64,000 nt of DNA. It comes from an uncultured Ignavibacteriales bacterium (GTDB taxonomy: Bacteria; Zixibacteria; MSB-5A5; GN15; FEB-12). Position numbers and translations under genes: made by a program. Below the pieces are notes generated by a model that searched no databases, was not told the origin of the DNA, and saw nothing but the letters and a program-made list of their open reading frames with translations. Positions within the stretch are counted from its first letter, which is position 1; every line of letters begins with the position of its first letter. Positions 28,273-38,632 of the stretch are shown in pieces. The stretch covers positions 124,001 to 188,000 of the forward strand of contig CAYXJN010000004.1 of assembly GCA_964464605.1 (NCBI GenBank). The letters run 5' to 3'.

Positions 28273-29517
28273 ATGTTTATCCTTCTTTTATACCGATTGA
28301 TATTTTGGATTATCTATGTAGTTGTCTATCCGTATGCCCGTATTCAGGCTGCATTCGGCAGTCGGTTATGGAAAGAGCGGTTGGGCGATGTTAGTGTAGA
28401 CAAGTCGGTCGAAATCTGGCTGCATGCCGCATCGGTCGGGGAAACAAAAGTTCTCAGCCATCTAATTCATTATCTCATCGCCAAGCGGCCAAGTACGCGG
28501 ATTCATGTTACGGTGGTAACAAAAGCGGGCTATGCTACCGCAGACCGTGAGTTTGGCAAGGTTGCATCTGTTTCCTTCGCGCCGATAGATTCCCACGTTC
28601 CTGTTTCACGATTTTACGATGTCTTACAGCCTCGTGTACTGGTGCTCGCCGAAACAGAAATCTGGCCGCAGATGATTTTAGATGGGGAAAGACGTGATAT
28701 TCCGATTCTCTTGGTCAACGCAAGGATGTCACAGCAGAGTTTCGGCTGGTATAAAAGTATTTCATCGTCAATGCGACTCCTGTTTGATAAGTATCGATAT
28801 TTCTTTTTCCGATCAGAAGAAGATGCTATCCGGTATCGTGCATTGGGTGTCGTTGAAAGCAAAGGAGTGGTTGCCGGAGATATGAAATTCGATGCTCCAG
28901 CGAAACCTATTAATGAAGCCGTGCTGCAAAGACATAAAGATGCGCTCGGTTTATCAACAGATGATTTTGTTTTTGTCGCCGGTTCAACCCGGGAAGGGGA
29001 GGAGAAGTTGCTGTTTGCAGTATTTTCTGCGATCTCCCAAACCAACCCGCATTTCAAGCTGGTTCTTGTCCCGCGTCATACCGACCGCGTTGATTCGATT
29101 CAACGGGAAGCGGAAGAAGCGGGAATCCAGATCGCCCGCTATGGCGCAGCGAAGGCAACAGACCGAGTTTTGTTGATCGACCGAATGGGCTTGCTACAGG
29201 AACTTTATGCGCTTGCCAATATCGCCTTTGTCGGCGGTACATTGGCGCCGATTGGTGGGCATAATCTTTTGGAGCCGGTCTGGGTCGGTACGCCGGTATT
29301 GTTCGGACCGCATACAGAGAATGTCACCGGCGCCGAGGAGTTTATCCTAACGCAAAATTACGGCAAAAAAATTAGTGGGGTAACAGAGTTGACGAACGCA
29401 CTGGAATCATATTATTTGCATCGGACAATGTTTGCCCGTTTCACTCCCGACTCGCCAGTAACCAATGCCACGTCCCGGTGCGGCGATTATCTGTTGAAAT
29501 TGCTCAATGCTACTTGA
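28273..29517 (+). CDS. waaA: Kdo transferase
   Basis: WLHAASVGE, ETEIWP, GSTREGEE, PRH, GGHNLLEP. Confidence 0.95.
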   Translation: MFILLLYRLIFWIIYVVVYPYARIQAAFGSRLWKERLGDVSVDKSVEIWLHAASVGETKVLSHLIHYLIAKRPSTRIHVTVVTKAGYATADREFGKVASVSFAPIDSHVPVSRFYDVLQPRVLVLAETEIWPQMILDGERRDIPILLVNARMSQQSFGWYKSISSSMRLLFDKYRYFFFRSEEDAIRYRALGVVESKGVVAGDMKFDAPAKPINEAVLQRHKDALGLSTDDFVFVAGSTREGEEKLLFAVFSAISQTNPHFKLVLVPRHTDRVDSIQREAEEAGIQIARYGAAKATDRVLLIDRMGLLQELYALANIAFVGGTLAPIGGHNLLEPVWVGTPVLFGPHTENVTGAEEFILTQNYGKKISGVTELTNALESYYLHRTMFARFTPDSPVTNATSRCGDYLLKLLNAT

Positions 29518-30598
29518 ACCGGTCTGGAAACGCTTTCTCCGGCGCAAGGGGCTTTCGCCGTGGGTTCTTTTAGTGCCGGTTATGTGGCTGGCCTCCCTTG
29601 TCTACCGCTCATTACTTGCCTACAAACGAAATCATACACCGCTTCGACCCAAACTCACCGTCCCGGTTGTATCTATTGGGAATATCGGTGTCGGCGGAAC
29701 CGGAAAAACGCCGATGGTGGAGTTTCTTTCCCGGTTTCTTTTAGCGGATGGTATCCGGGTGGGGGTTGTTTCTTCCGGATGGGGGAGAAACAGCGAAAGC
29801 AGTTTTGTCGAACCGGGCTACCGGGTGCAGGAAATGCCGGTCAGTGAAACCGGGGATGAAGTTTTGCTGTTAGCCGAATTGCTCCCCTCCGCGATTTTTT
29901 CTGTCGGGGCAGTCAAATGGGAAGCTGCCGAGCGGCTGGCTGTCTCCGGTCAGGTCGATTTGATAATCGTCGATGACGGGTTCCAGCATTGGGCTCTGCC
30001 GCGGGATTTCGATATCGTTACCTTCGATGCCGCTGTTAAACGGAAGCAGTGGCAGCTCTTTCCGTTGGGGCGTCTCCGTGAACCGTTTACGGCGTTGCGC
30101 CGCGCCAATGTCGTCATTATCACTCGTGCGAATTTTTCAGATGATGTTTCCGTGCTCAAGCGGATGCTGCAGCAGTACAGCCCGAAATCTGAACTCTATC
30201 GCGCCGGATTTTCTTTGACTGAATTAGTGGGTCGGGAAGAACGCCGTCCGATTAAGTTTCTGGAAGATAAATCGGTCACGTTGTTCGCGGGAATCGGGAA
30301 TTTCCGTTCTTTTCGCAAGCAGGTTGCCTCATTGTCGGCGAGTATCGACGCGACGATTGAATTGTCGGATCATCAACAGTACACTGAACCGTTATTAGAA
30401 CGAATCAAGCAGACCGCCGAGAAACATAATTCCGATATTCTTGTTACTACCGGTAAGGATTGGGTTAAATTGGGGAATTTTGATTTCGGCCGGGATATCT
30501 ACTATCTTGCGCAATCGATCGATCTTGACCCCGGCGAAGAAAAACTGGTACGACAGATCAAAACCAAACTTGGCTTGAAAGCGGCAAAACAGCGATGA
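29507..30598 (+). CDS. lpxK: Tetraacyldisaccharide 4'-kinase
   Basis: GNIGVGGTGKTP, GDE, DDGFQH, GRLREP. Confidence 0.95.
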   Translation: MLLEPVWKRFLRRKGLSPWVLLVPVMWLASLVYRSLLAYKRNHTPLRPKLTVPVVSIGNIGVGGTGKTPMVEFLSRFLLADGIRVGVVSSGWGRNSESSFVEPGYRVQEMPVSETGDEVLLLAELLPSAIFSVGAVKWEAAERLAVSGQVDLIIVDDGFQHWALPRDFDIVTFDAAVKRKQWQLFPLGRLREPFTALRRANVVIITRANFSDDVSVLKRMLQQYSPKSELYRAGFSLTELVGREERRPIKFLEDKSVTLFAGIGNFRSFRKQVASLSASIDATIELSDHQQYTEPLLERIKQTAEKHNSDILVTTGKDWVKLGNFDFGRDIYYLAQSIDLDPGEEKLVRQIKTKLGLKAAKQR

Positions 30599-32202
30599 AA
30601 CAACACACGGATTTTCTGATTATCGGAAGCGGAATCGCCGGGTTGTTTTATGCCTTGAAAGTCGCAGAGAGAAATCCCGGCGCGCAGATTGTGTTGATAA
30701 CGAAAAAGGGTGAGCGGGATACCAATACCAACAAAGCGCAGGGCGGGATAGCGGCGGTGTTGTCCGGTACGGATTCTTTTGAAGCCCATGTACAGGATAC
30801 GGTAACCTCCGGTGCGGGATTATGCCATATCGGTGTGGTCGAAAAAATTATCGAAGCCGGTCCCAGTGCTGTCGAAGAACTGATTCGTTACGGCGTTCAG
30901 TTTACGCAAGGAGATTCCGGATACGATTTAGGACGTGAAGGTGGCCATTCCGCCAAACGGGTGCTGCATGCCGCCGATTTCACCGGTCAGGAAATAGAAC
31001 GGGCGTTGTTGGAAACCTGCCGTCAGACCAAGCAGGTAACCATTTTACGGGATCATATCGCCCTTGATTTGCTGGTCAGCCAACGGGACGGTGCCGATGT
31101 CTGTTCCGGTGCATTAATTCTTTCCTCCGGTGAAATGAAAGTACGATCCGTTTCCGCGACCGTGACATTATTAGCTACTGGCGGACTTGGACAAATCTAT
31201 CTGCATACAACCAATCCGCGTATTGCCACCGGCGACGGGGTGGCGATTGCCTATCGCGCCGGTGTACCGGTTGCGAATTTGGAGTTTATCCAATTTCATC
31301 CGACCGTTTTGTACAATCCGGGACGCTGGCCGTTTTTGATTTCCGAGGCAGTACGGGGTGAAGGGGCGCGATTGAAATCAGTCGACGACCGCTTTTTTAT
31401 GGAACAGGCCCATCCGCTTAAAGAGCTCGCACCGCGGGATATAGTTGCCCGTGCAATCGATAAGGAGATGAAAACGAGTGGTGAAGATTATGTCATGCTC
31501 GATATCTCGCATCAACCGGCTGAGTTTATCAAAGAGCGCTTCCCCGGCATTTACCGCACCTGCTTGGAACGCGGATTTGATATCACCAAACGTCCTATTC
31601 CGGTTGTACCGGCAGCACATTATTCCTGCGGCGGTGTGGTGGCAACTGTCAAAGGGGAAACGACATTGCCCGGTTTATATGTCGCCGGAGAAGTTGCCAT
31701 GACCGGTATGCACGGAGCCAACAGACTTGCATCCAATTCATTGTTGGAGGCGGTGGTGATGGCTTCCTTGGCCGCCAGTTCCTCGACCGGGTATTACGCG
31801 AAAGCATCCGCATGGATTCCGGCCAATATCGATGCGCCGCAGCCGAGCGGGATACGGAACACGCCGGAAAAGTTAATGCTCACCCATGAACGGAACGAAC
31901 TGAATCGAGTGATGTCCGACTTTGTCGGCATTGTACGCCAGCAAAAACGATTGCAGCTTGCGCTTGAAAAGATTATAGACATCAAACAGGAAGTAGAAGA
32001 ATACTGTGAACGATCTGAACCGACCTATGGAGCGGCAGAAGTGAGAAATATGACGTTAGTAGCGAAATTAATAATCGAATGCGCCCTCTCCCGTACGGAA
32101 TCACGCGGGCTGCACTATAATGAAGATTTTCCGAGCACCGATCCGGCGCAGGTGCATGACACGATTTTGCAGCCGCCGATGAATCAGGCGGTGATGCAAT
32201 GA
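30595..32202 (+). CDS. nadB: L-aspartate oxidase
   Basis: [41 protein letters not shown]. Confidence 0.95.
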   Translation: MKQHTDFLIIGSGIAGLFYALKVAERNPGAQIVLITKKGERDTNTNKAQGGIAAVLSGTDSFEAHVQDTVTSGAGLCHIGVVEKIIEAGPSAVEELIRYGVQFTQGDSGYDLGREGGHSAKRVLHAADFTGQEIERALLETCRQTKQVTILRDHIALDLLVSQRDGADVCSGALILSSGEMKVRSVSATVTLLATGGLGQIYLHTTNPRIATGDGVAIAYRAGVPVANLEFIQFHPTVLYNPGRWPFLISEAVRGEGARLKSVDDRFFMEQAHPLKELAPRDIVARAIDKEMKTSGEDYVMLDISHQPAEFIKERFPGIYRTCLERGFDITKRPIPVVPAAHYSCGGVVATVKGETTLPGLYVAGEVAMTGMHGANRLASNSLLEAVVMASLAASSSTGYYAKASAWIPANIDAPQPSGIRNTPEKLMLTHERNELNRVMSDFVGIVRQQKRLQLALEKIIDIKQEVEEYCERSEPTYGAAEVRNMTLVAKLIIECALSRTESRGLHYNEDFPSTDPAQVHDTILQPPMNQAVMQ

Positions 32203-33743
32203 AGCATATCAACCATGACATGGTGCTGATTCTCGATTTCGGCTCACAGTTTACGCAACTGATTGCCCGCCGCGTTCGGGAAGCACATGTCTATTGCGAG
32301 ATCGTTCCGTTCAATGCAGATCTTTCTGTCTATCCGAAAGACAAAGTGAAAGGATACATTCTTTCCGGCGGGCCATCCTCGCTTCATGATGATGATGCTC
32401 CCCGCTTATCTTCTTCATTTTACGAAACCGATAAGCCGATTCTGGGCATTTGCTACGGTATGCAGTTGTTGGCCGACCAGTTTGGCGGGCGGTTGGTTCG
32501 CTCGGAACACCGGGAATATGGCCGCGCACATTTTACTATCAATGATAACTCACAATTGTTCTCAGGATTGCCGAGTCGCAGCCAGGTCTGGATGTCGCAC
32601 GGGGATTCCATCGTTGATTTGCCGAAAGGCTTTTCCGTCGTTGGGGAAACCGAGTCGCTGGCAGTCGCGGCGATTGTCGATACTGAACGACGCCGTTTCG
32701 GGGTGCAGTTTCATCCGGAAGTGCATCACACCGAAGAAGGGCGAGCGATATTGCATAATTTCCTTTACGATATTTGCGGTGTCAAAGCAGATTGGACACC
32801 GCAAACATTCGTTGAGGAGTCTGTTGAGAAAATCCGCGCGACAGTCGGCAATGGCAAAGTTATTCTTGGTATTTCAGGCGGTGTCGATTCAACCGTAACG
32901 GCAGTGCTATTGTGGAAAGCGCTCGGAGACCGGGTGCATCCGATTTTTGTCGATAACGGCGTGTTACGCAAAAATGAATTTCAGGATGTGTTGAAGTTAT
33001 TGGGAGGGCTTGGTATCGGGGTGCATGGGGTCGATGCCGCCGACCGTTTTCTTGCCAAGTTAAAAGGTGTTACCGAACCGGAGCAGAAACGGAAAATTAT
33101 CGGGAATCTGTTCGTCGATATTTTCGAAGAGGAAGCGGCCCGTATAGGCGGCGCGGAATTTTTAGGGCAGGGGACGCTCTATCCTGATGTTATCGAGTCG
33201 GTCTCGTTTAAAGGACCATCGGTTACGATTAAAACGCATCACAATGTCGGCGGCTTAAAAGAGCGGATGAAGCTCAAGCTCGTTGAACCGCTGCGTGAAT
33301 TGTTCAAAGATGAAGTCCGCGAACTCGGTAAACTGCTCGGTTTACCGGAACAGTATTTACAACGCCATCCGTTTCCCGGTCCCGGCCTCGCAGTTCGTAT
33401 TATCGGCGAAGTTACCAAAGAGCGCTGTGATTTATTGCGCGAGGTTGATGCCCTCTTTATAGGTGAATTGCACAAGCAAGGCTTGTACAGTTCGGTCTGG
33501 CAGGCATTCGCCGTACTCTTGCCGATCAAATCGGTTGGGGTGATGGGGGATGAGCGGACGTATGAAAACGTTGTCGCCCTTCGGGCGGTGACTTCGGTCG
33601 ACGGCATGACCGCCGACTGGTTTCACTTCGACCATGAGTTTTTAGCCCATGTTTCCAATCGGATCATCCGTGAAATCCGCGGGGTTAACCGGGTTACTTA
33701 TGATATTTCCTCCAAACCGCCAGCCACGATTGAGTGGGAATAG
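32199..33743 (+). CDS. guaA: GMP synthase (glutamine-hydrolysing)
   Basis: [30 protein letters not shown]. Confidence 0.98.
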   Translation: MKHINHDMVLILDFGSQFTQLIARRVREAHVYCEIVPFNADLSVYPKDKVKGYILSGGPSSLHDDDAPRLSSSFYETDKPILGICYGMQLLADQFGGRLVRSEHREYGRAHFTINDNSQLFSGLPSRSQVWMSHGDSIVDLPKGFSVVGETESLAVAAIVDTERRRFGVQFHPEVHHTEEGRAILHNFLYDICGVKADWTPQTFVEESVEKIRATVGNGKVILGISGGVDSTVTAVLLWKALGDRVHPIFVDNGVLRKNEFQDVLKLLGGLGIGVHGVDAADRFLAKLKGVTEPEQKRKIIGNLFVDIFEEEAARIGGAEFLGQGTLYPDVIESVSFKGPSVTIKTHHNVGGLKERMKLKLVEPLRELFKDEVRELGKLLGLPEQYLQRHPFPGPGLAVRIIGEVTKERCDLLREVDALFIGELHKQGLYSSVWQAFAVLLPIKSVGVMGDERTYENVVALRAVTSVDGMTADWFHFDHEFLAHVSNRIIREIRGVNRVTYDISSKPPATIEWE

Positions 33744-33780
33744 GGGACTGCCGGACATTCGGTTAGGGAAAACCTCCGGC

Positions 33781-33825
33781 TTGTGAAATGATTCATTTGA
33801 CAAGCACAGGCGGCGTAAATACCTT
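33781..33825 (+). promoter_or_regulatory. Sigma70 promoter with an overlapping Rex-like box
   Basis: TTGACA-N17-TACCTT (33797-33825); TTGTGAA-ATGA-TTCATTT at 33781-33798. Confidence 0.45.
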
Positions 33826-33855
33826 CGTTTTCGTGATGACAGGGAAGCCAAAACA

Positions 33856-34842
33856 ATGTTGTTAGATAAAGCCAAAATGCTCGAATACGCCAGTCCGGTT
33901 CAGAAGGACTTGGAAGAGTTCGACCGGAAACTGGCTGATTTTCTTAAAGGGGATTCTCCGCTTATCACCTCAATCGCGCGTCATCTGCTCAAATCCAAAG
34001 GAAAACGGATGCGCCCGGTCTTTGTCTTTTTGTCCTCCCGCGCGGCCGACAATTTTACCGAGTTTACGGTCGATGCCTCAGTCGCTATCGAACTGATTCA
34101 TACCGCAACGCTTTTACATGATGATGTGGTCGATGATTCCAAAGTCCGCCGCGGCATGACTACGGTCAACGCCCGCTGGACGAATTTGATTTCGGTTCTA
34201 ATGGGAGATTATTTGTTTGCCAAAGCGTTCCGCGTGATGGTAGCATCGAACTCTATCGATTTGATCCAGGCGATTTCCTATGCGACCGAGCGGGTTTCTA
34301 TTGGTGAACTGCGCCAGGTAGAAGAGACCGGCAATTATGATTTGTCAGAAGCGGAGTATCTGAACATTGTCGCGGATAAGACCGCTTCGCTCTTTACGGT
34401 ATCATGTGAAGCTGGCCCGATTCTGAACAACTGTTCGAAGAAAGAGCGTCAGCGTTTTGCCACCTTTGGTGAAAAAATCGGTACCGCCTTTCAGATTGCC
34501 GATGATTTGTTGGATTTTGTCGGCGATGAAGAACTCACCGGCAAAGTACCCGGCAATGATGTTATGACCGGTAAGGTTACCCTGCCGCTTATCTATTCAC
34601 TGAGCAAAGCGGGTAAAGCAGGTAAGGCGGAGATTGTCGAATTGTTAAAGACTGAACGGGGAGCGGATGAGTTCGAACGCGTTCGCGCCTTTGTGGTCGA
34701 GCAGGGTGGAATCGATTACGCGCATCGCCGTGCCGATATGCTTTGCCAGCAGGCGATGGATGAGCTCAGCGCACTGGCGCCGTCAGTCTACATGGAATCG
34801 CTGGTCAGTATGGTAGAATACACGACCGCGCGGGTGGCCTAA
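33856..34842 (+). CDS. Polyprenyl diphosphate synthase
   Basis: GKRMRP, LLHDDVVD..RRG, FQIADDLLD. Confidence 0.93.
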   Translation: MLLDKAKMLEYASPVQKDLEEFDRKLADFLKGDSPLITSIARHLLKSKGKRMRPVFVFLSSRAADNFTEFTVDASVAIELIHTATLLHDDVVDDSKVRRGMTTVNARWTNLISVLMGDYLFAKAFRVMVASNSIDLIQAISYATERVSIGELRQVEETGNYDLSEAEYLNIVADKTASLFTVSCEAGPILNNCSKKERQRFATFGEKIGTAFQIADDLLDFVGDEELTGKVPGNDVMTGKVTLPLIYSLSKAGKAGKAEIVELLKTERGADEFERVRAFVVEQGGIDYAHRRADMLCQQAMDELSALAPSVYMESLVSMVEYTTARVA

Positions 34843-34912
34843 TTCTGTCTTTTTCCCTCTCTTTTCCGTATCATTTACCTGTCCGTTTGTCACTTTCATG
34901 GTATAACGAAAT

Positions 34913-37069
34913 ATGTTCGGCATAACCAACGTAACCATAGAAACACTTACCTCGCAAACCGTGCTGGTTTCACTGGCGGTTATTGCACTTTTGGGTGTTG
35001 CCTATCTGCTCTACCGGCACACTAACCCGCCGATTTCTTCGTTCCCCCGGTATTTGTTATTTGGTTTACGTGTGCTTGCTTTGTGCACTCTGGCGCTGGC
35101 GTTGTATGAAACGGTCGTTGGGTATGGCCGCGAATATGAGCGCAAGCCGCAGGTTGCCCTGATTATCGACCGCTCGCAAAGTATGGAGAAACAGGAAGGA
35201 GATTTGACCCGCAAGGCGCGGCTCGATTCGTTGTTATCTTCCTCTGCCTTTTCCGAACTCAGCAAACAGGCCTCAGTTTCGACTTTCTACTTTTCCGGAA
35301 AATTATCAGATGAACAAACCGATTTGGAATTTGACCGGACTTCGGTCGGTGATGCACTCGAGGAGCTCCGCACCCGTGAGTTAGGAGCGGCATCGGATTA
35401 TTGGTTGCTGTTAAGTGATGGTCGTTCCAACAGCGGGCGTGACCCGCTTGCACTAACCTCATCGCTGCGAACTCCGGTTGTCAGCGTCAATCTCTCTGTA
35501 AAGGGAGAATCGGTCGATGTCGGTATCGATAAAATTCATTACAACCCGGTTGTCTATACCGGAAAACCGACCGAAGTAAAAGTTGTGCTATCCGCCCAGC
35601 GGATGGCGGCCCGTTCCTTGACCGTTGAATTGGTTGATAACAAAGAGGTGCTCGCCACCAAACAGGTGCAGTTGACGCAGGAAGATGGCCGTGCGGAAGT
35701 CGCGCTGACCTACACGCCGCGTGAACCGGGCGCGACTATTTTGCGCGTTCGTGTTCCGGAGCAATCGGGTGAAGAAAACAACGCGAATAACCAATCATCA
35801 TTTTCGGTTAATGTTTTAAAAAGCAAGCTGCAGGTGCTGATGCTCTCGCAGCATCCCGATTACGAATTCGGATTTTTGCGACATGAACTGAGCAAATCAA
35901 ATAAGTATGATATCACCGTCCAGGTCCCCGGCGGCAAAGCGGGGAATTTAAGCGGAGCCTTTCCGCGCACTGTCGCCGAATGGAACCGCTTCGATTTAGT
36001 TATTCTGCATGATATTCCGGCGAACGCGCTGACCTCATATGAGTCCGCACTGCAATCATACCTCGGTGAACGGGGCGGCAGTATCTGGTGGATGATGGGC
36101 GTATCATTCGGTGCATCGATAACCGAAAGCTGGGCGCGGCAGCTTCTGCCGTTTTATCCAACCCGGGCATCGACGCCAGTATACGGTGAAATTCATGGTG
36201 AACCGGTGGAAGGAAATCTGTTTCATCCGGCTGTCCGGTTAGGGGATGATCAGGCGAATATTCGTCAGCGTTGGAGTGAACTGCCGCCGTTTAAAATGGT
36301 CATCAATTGCGACAGTACCCGTTCCGATGCTACGATATTGCTTACCGCTTCACCAACCGCGCAACCACTGATGGGTTTCCGTCGCGTGGGTGCCGGAAAA
36401 CTGTTTGCGACATCGGTTCAACCGTTTTGGAATTGGGGCTTTTTACAGGCCGGTTACGGTGAACAGACCGACTCGTATGCTCGTTTTATCGATGGAACAA
36501 TCAGTTGGTTAACGACTCGTGAAGATTTAGAGCCAGTGCGAATTGCTCCGGAACGAAATGTCTATAAGCGAGGGGAAGCGGTTCGCTTTGCCGGAACAGC
36601 CTTTGATTTAGGTTTCCGCCCGTTATCCGGCGTCAGCGGAACAGTCGGCGTACAAAAAGTGGGTGAAACCTCGCCGCGTGAGCAGGATTTACTTCCAGCC
36701 GGTGAAGGATTATATGCTTCCGAGTTTGCGAATCTACCTCCCGGTCGATACCAATACTCCGCAAAATTTCAAAAAGATGGTCAACTGCTCAAACAGGCGC
36801 AGGGGACAATTGAAGTCGAGGCGTTTTCACTTGAAGAGCAGGATATGGGAGACGGTGTAGCGACACTGCAAGGCATCGCCTCGAAAACCGGCGGGTCATA
36901 TTACTTTTGGAGTGATTTCGATAAGGCAGTCGGTTCGATACAAGGAGGGCCGATTGTCGAGCGTACCTCTGCCGAAATCCCGATCTGGAATAGCCGATGG
37001 CTCTTGATTTTCTTTGTGGCGCTGTTATCGATTGAGTGGGGGTTACGAAAGGCGAAGGGGCTTTTGTAA
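34913..37069 (+). CDS. Membrane-anchored vWA / Ig-like / GATase-like-domain protein
   Basis: N-terminal TMs, DRSQSM and LSDG MIDAS-like motifs, C-terminal EWGLRK..GL. Confidence 0.72.
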   Translation: MFGITNVTIETLTSQTVLVSLAVIALLGVAYLLYRHTNPPISSFPRYLLFGLRVLALCTLALALYETVVGYGREYERKPQVALIIDRSQSMEKQEGDLTRKARLDSLLSSSAFSELSKQASVSTFYFSGKLSDEQTDLEFDRTSVGDALEELRTRELGAASDYWLLLSDGRSNSGRDPLALTSSLRTPVVSVNLSVKGESVDVGIDKIHYNPVVYTGKPTEVKVVLSAQRMAARSLTVELVDNKEVLATKQVQLTQEDGRAEVALTYTPREPGATILRVRVPEQSGEENNANNQSSFSVNVLKSKLQVLMLSQHPDYEFGFLRHELSKSNKYDITVQVPGGKAGNLSGAFPRTVAEWNRFDLVILHDIPANALTSYESALQSYLGERGGSIWWMMGVSFGASITESWARQLLPFYPTRASTPVYGEIHGEPVEGNLFHPAVRLGDDQANIRQRWSELPPFKMVINCDSTRSDATILLTASPTAQPLMGFRRVGAGKLFATSVQPFWNWGFLQAGYGEQTDSYARFIDGTISWLTTREDLEPVRIAPERNVYKRGEAVRFAGTAFDLGFRPLSGVSGTVGVQKVGETSPREQDLLPAGEGLYASEFANLPPGRYQYSAKFQKDGQLLKQAQGTIEVEAFSLEEQDMGDGVATLQGIASKTGGSYYFWSDFDKAVGSIQGGPIVERTSAEIPIWNSRWLLIFFVALLSIEWGLRKAKGLL

Positions 37070-37075
37070 AATCGA

Positions 37076-37375
37076 TTACTTGGTCGGCTCGACAAAGCCG
37101 CGTAAATCGACGTGTTTGCCAAGCTGCATTTTTGCTTCAACCATCCATTCGACCGTTTGCTTAATCCGTTCAGAAGCTTTCATGATTTCCTGCAAATACT
37201 GACGGTCTTCCGGTGTCAGATGCTTACTGGACATAAGCAGGCATTCGGTATAACCCATGATTCCGGTTAGGGGATTATTCAGCGTATGATTTAACTCCAT
37301 ACACCGTTTCAGGAATTCTTTCAGGGCTGCTTCTGCTTCTTTGGAAAGCCCGTCGATGACTATCGGGGATGACAT
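37076..37375 (-). CDS. Stand-alone HisKA (DHp) phosphoacceptor protein
   Basis: ELNHTLNNPLTGIMGY H-box; 99 aa from ATG at 37375, no ATPase or sensor domain. Confidence 0.75.
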   Translation of the reverse strand: MSSPIVIDGLSKEAEAALKEFLKRCMELNHTLNNPLTGIMGYTECLLMSSKHLTPEDRQYLQEIMKASERIKQTVEWMVEAKMQLGKHVDLRGFVEPTK

Positions 37376-37382
37376 ATATTGT

Positions 37383-37409
37383 CTATCGGTTTTCCCCTCT
37401 AAATATTTA
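37383..37409 (-). promoter_or_regulatory. Sigma28-type promoter
   Basis: TAAA-N15-ACCGATAG on the minus strand, 7 nt before the ATG. Confidence 0.55.
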
Positions 37410-37489
37410 CCCGCACAAAACCGGGCTTGGACTTCACCTTGCTCCCCTTTTGCCATATATTGCCTGCCTATGAACAAGGAGAAATACGC

Positions 37490-38632
37490 GTGAAATTTGC
37501 AGTCTTAGGCGCAGGGCTTATGGGACGCGCCGCCGTTTATGATTTATCCCGCATATCGGGAACTACCCAAGTAGCAGTCTATGATATTGATCCTGCCTTG
37601 GCCGATCAGGTAGCAAAAACCTACGGCAACGGGATTACCGTTAGCGGTAAACTGGATGCCGGAGATGAGTCGGCCGTCAAGCAGGCACTCACCGGTTATA
37701 GCGCCGCCGTTTCTTGCGTGACCTACAAATACAATCCGGGCGTCACTCGCGCTGCGATTGCGACCGGATGTCATCTGGTTGATTTAGGCGGTAACAATGA
37801 TGTCGTCCGCGAGCAGTTACGCATGGATGCTCAGGCGAAAGGCGCGAATGTCATGATCGTTCCGGATTGCGGTCTTGCACCCGGCATGGTTGCGGTACTG
37901 GTAGAAGATGGCATCAACAAATGCGACACTGTTTCTTCGGTCAAAATTCGCGTGGGCGGACTGCCGCAAACGCCGCACAAGCCGCTGAACTATCAGATGG
38001 TCTTTTCCGCCGAGGGTCTTATCAACGAATACTGGGAACCGTGCGTGATTTTGAAGGATGGTAAGCCGATGACCGTCGCTCCGATGACCGCAATCGAATC
38101 ATTAAAATTTGACGGTATCGGCGATCTGGAAGCGTTTTATACTTCGGGTGGCACCTCGACATTGCCGGAAACGTATCTGGGTAAAGTTGATTTTCTTGAT
38201 TACAAAACGATTCGCTATCCCGGCCATTGCGAAATGTTCAGGCCTATGCTTGAAATTGGATTGGGTTCGCGCGAATTGATGTCGGTGCAAGGCCAACAGG
38301 TTGAACCGCGTGCCGTTTTCAAAGCAGTGCTCGATAAAAACCTTTCGTTCGGTGAACCGGATTTGGTCTTAGTTCGGGTGAATGTGGATGGGAAAAAGGA
38401 TGGTAAATCGAAATCGATAGTCTATGAAATTATCGACCGCTTCGATCCTGCCACAAAATTGACGGCGATGATGCGCACAACCGCATTTCCGGCTGTTATT
38501 GTCGCCTGGATGGCGGCGGCAGGAAAAATAACTGCGCGGGGCTGCAAACCGCAGGAAGTTGTTGTCGATCCGGCGGTGTTCATTCCGGAGTTGGCGAAAC
38601 GAAATATCAAACTCTCGATTGTTGAGCGATAA
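37490..38632 (+). CDS. Saccharopine dehydrogenase / lysine 6-dehydrogenase family
   Basis: GTG start with AGGAG RBS; GAGLMG, DCGLAPG, GGLP, KTIRYPGH, MMRTT. Confidence 0.88.
   Translation: MKFAVLGAGLMGRAAVYDLSRISGTTQVAVYDIDPALADQVAKTYGNGITVSGKLDAGDESAVKQALTGYSAAVSCVTYKYNPGVTRAAIATGCHLVDLGGNNDVVREQLRMDAQAKGANVMIVPDCGLAPGMVAVLVEDGINKCDTVSSVKIRVGGLPQTPHKPLNYQMVFSAEGLINEYWEPCVILKDGKPMTVAPMTAIESLKFDGIGDLEAFYTSGGTSTLPETYLGKVDFLDYKTIRYPGHCEMFRPMLEIGLGSRELMSVQGQQVEPRAVFKAVLDKNLSFGEPDLVLVRVNVDGKKDGKSKSIVYEIIDRFDPATKLTAMMRTTAFPAVIVAWMAAAGKITARGCKPQEVVVDPAVFIPELAKRNIKLSIVER

Noticed and set aside
33743..33856. Genomic island integrated at the guaA 3' end
   Set aside because: No integrase or duplicated guaA end; housekeeping genes follow directly.
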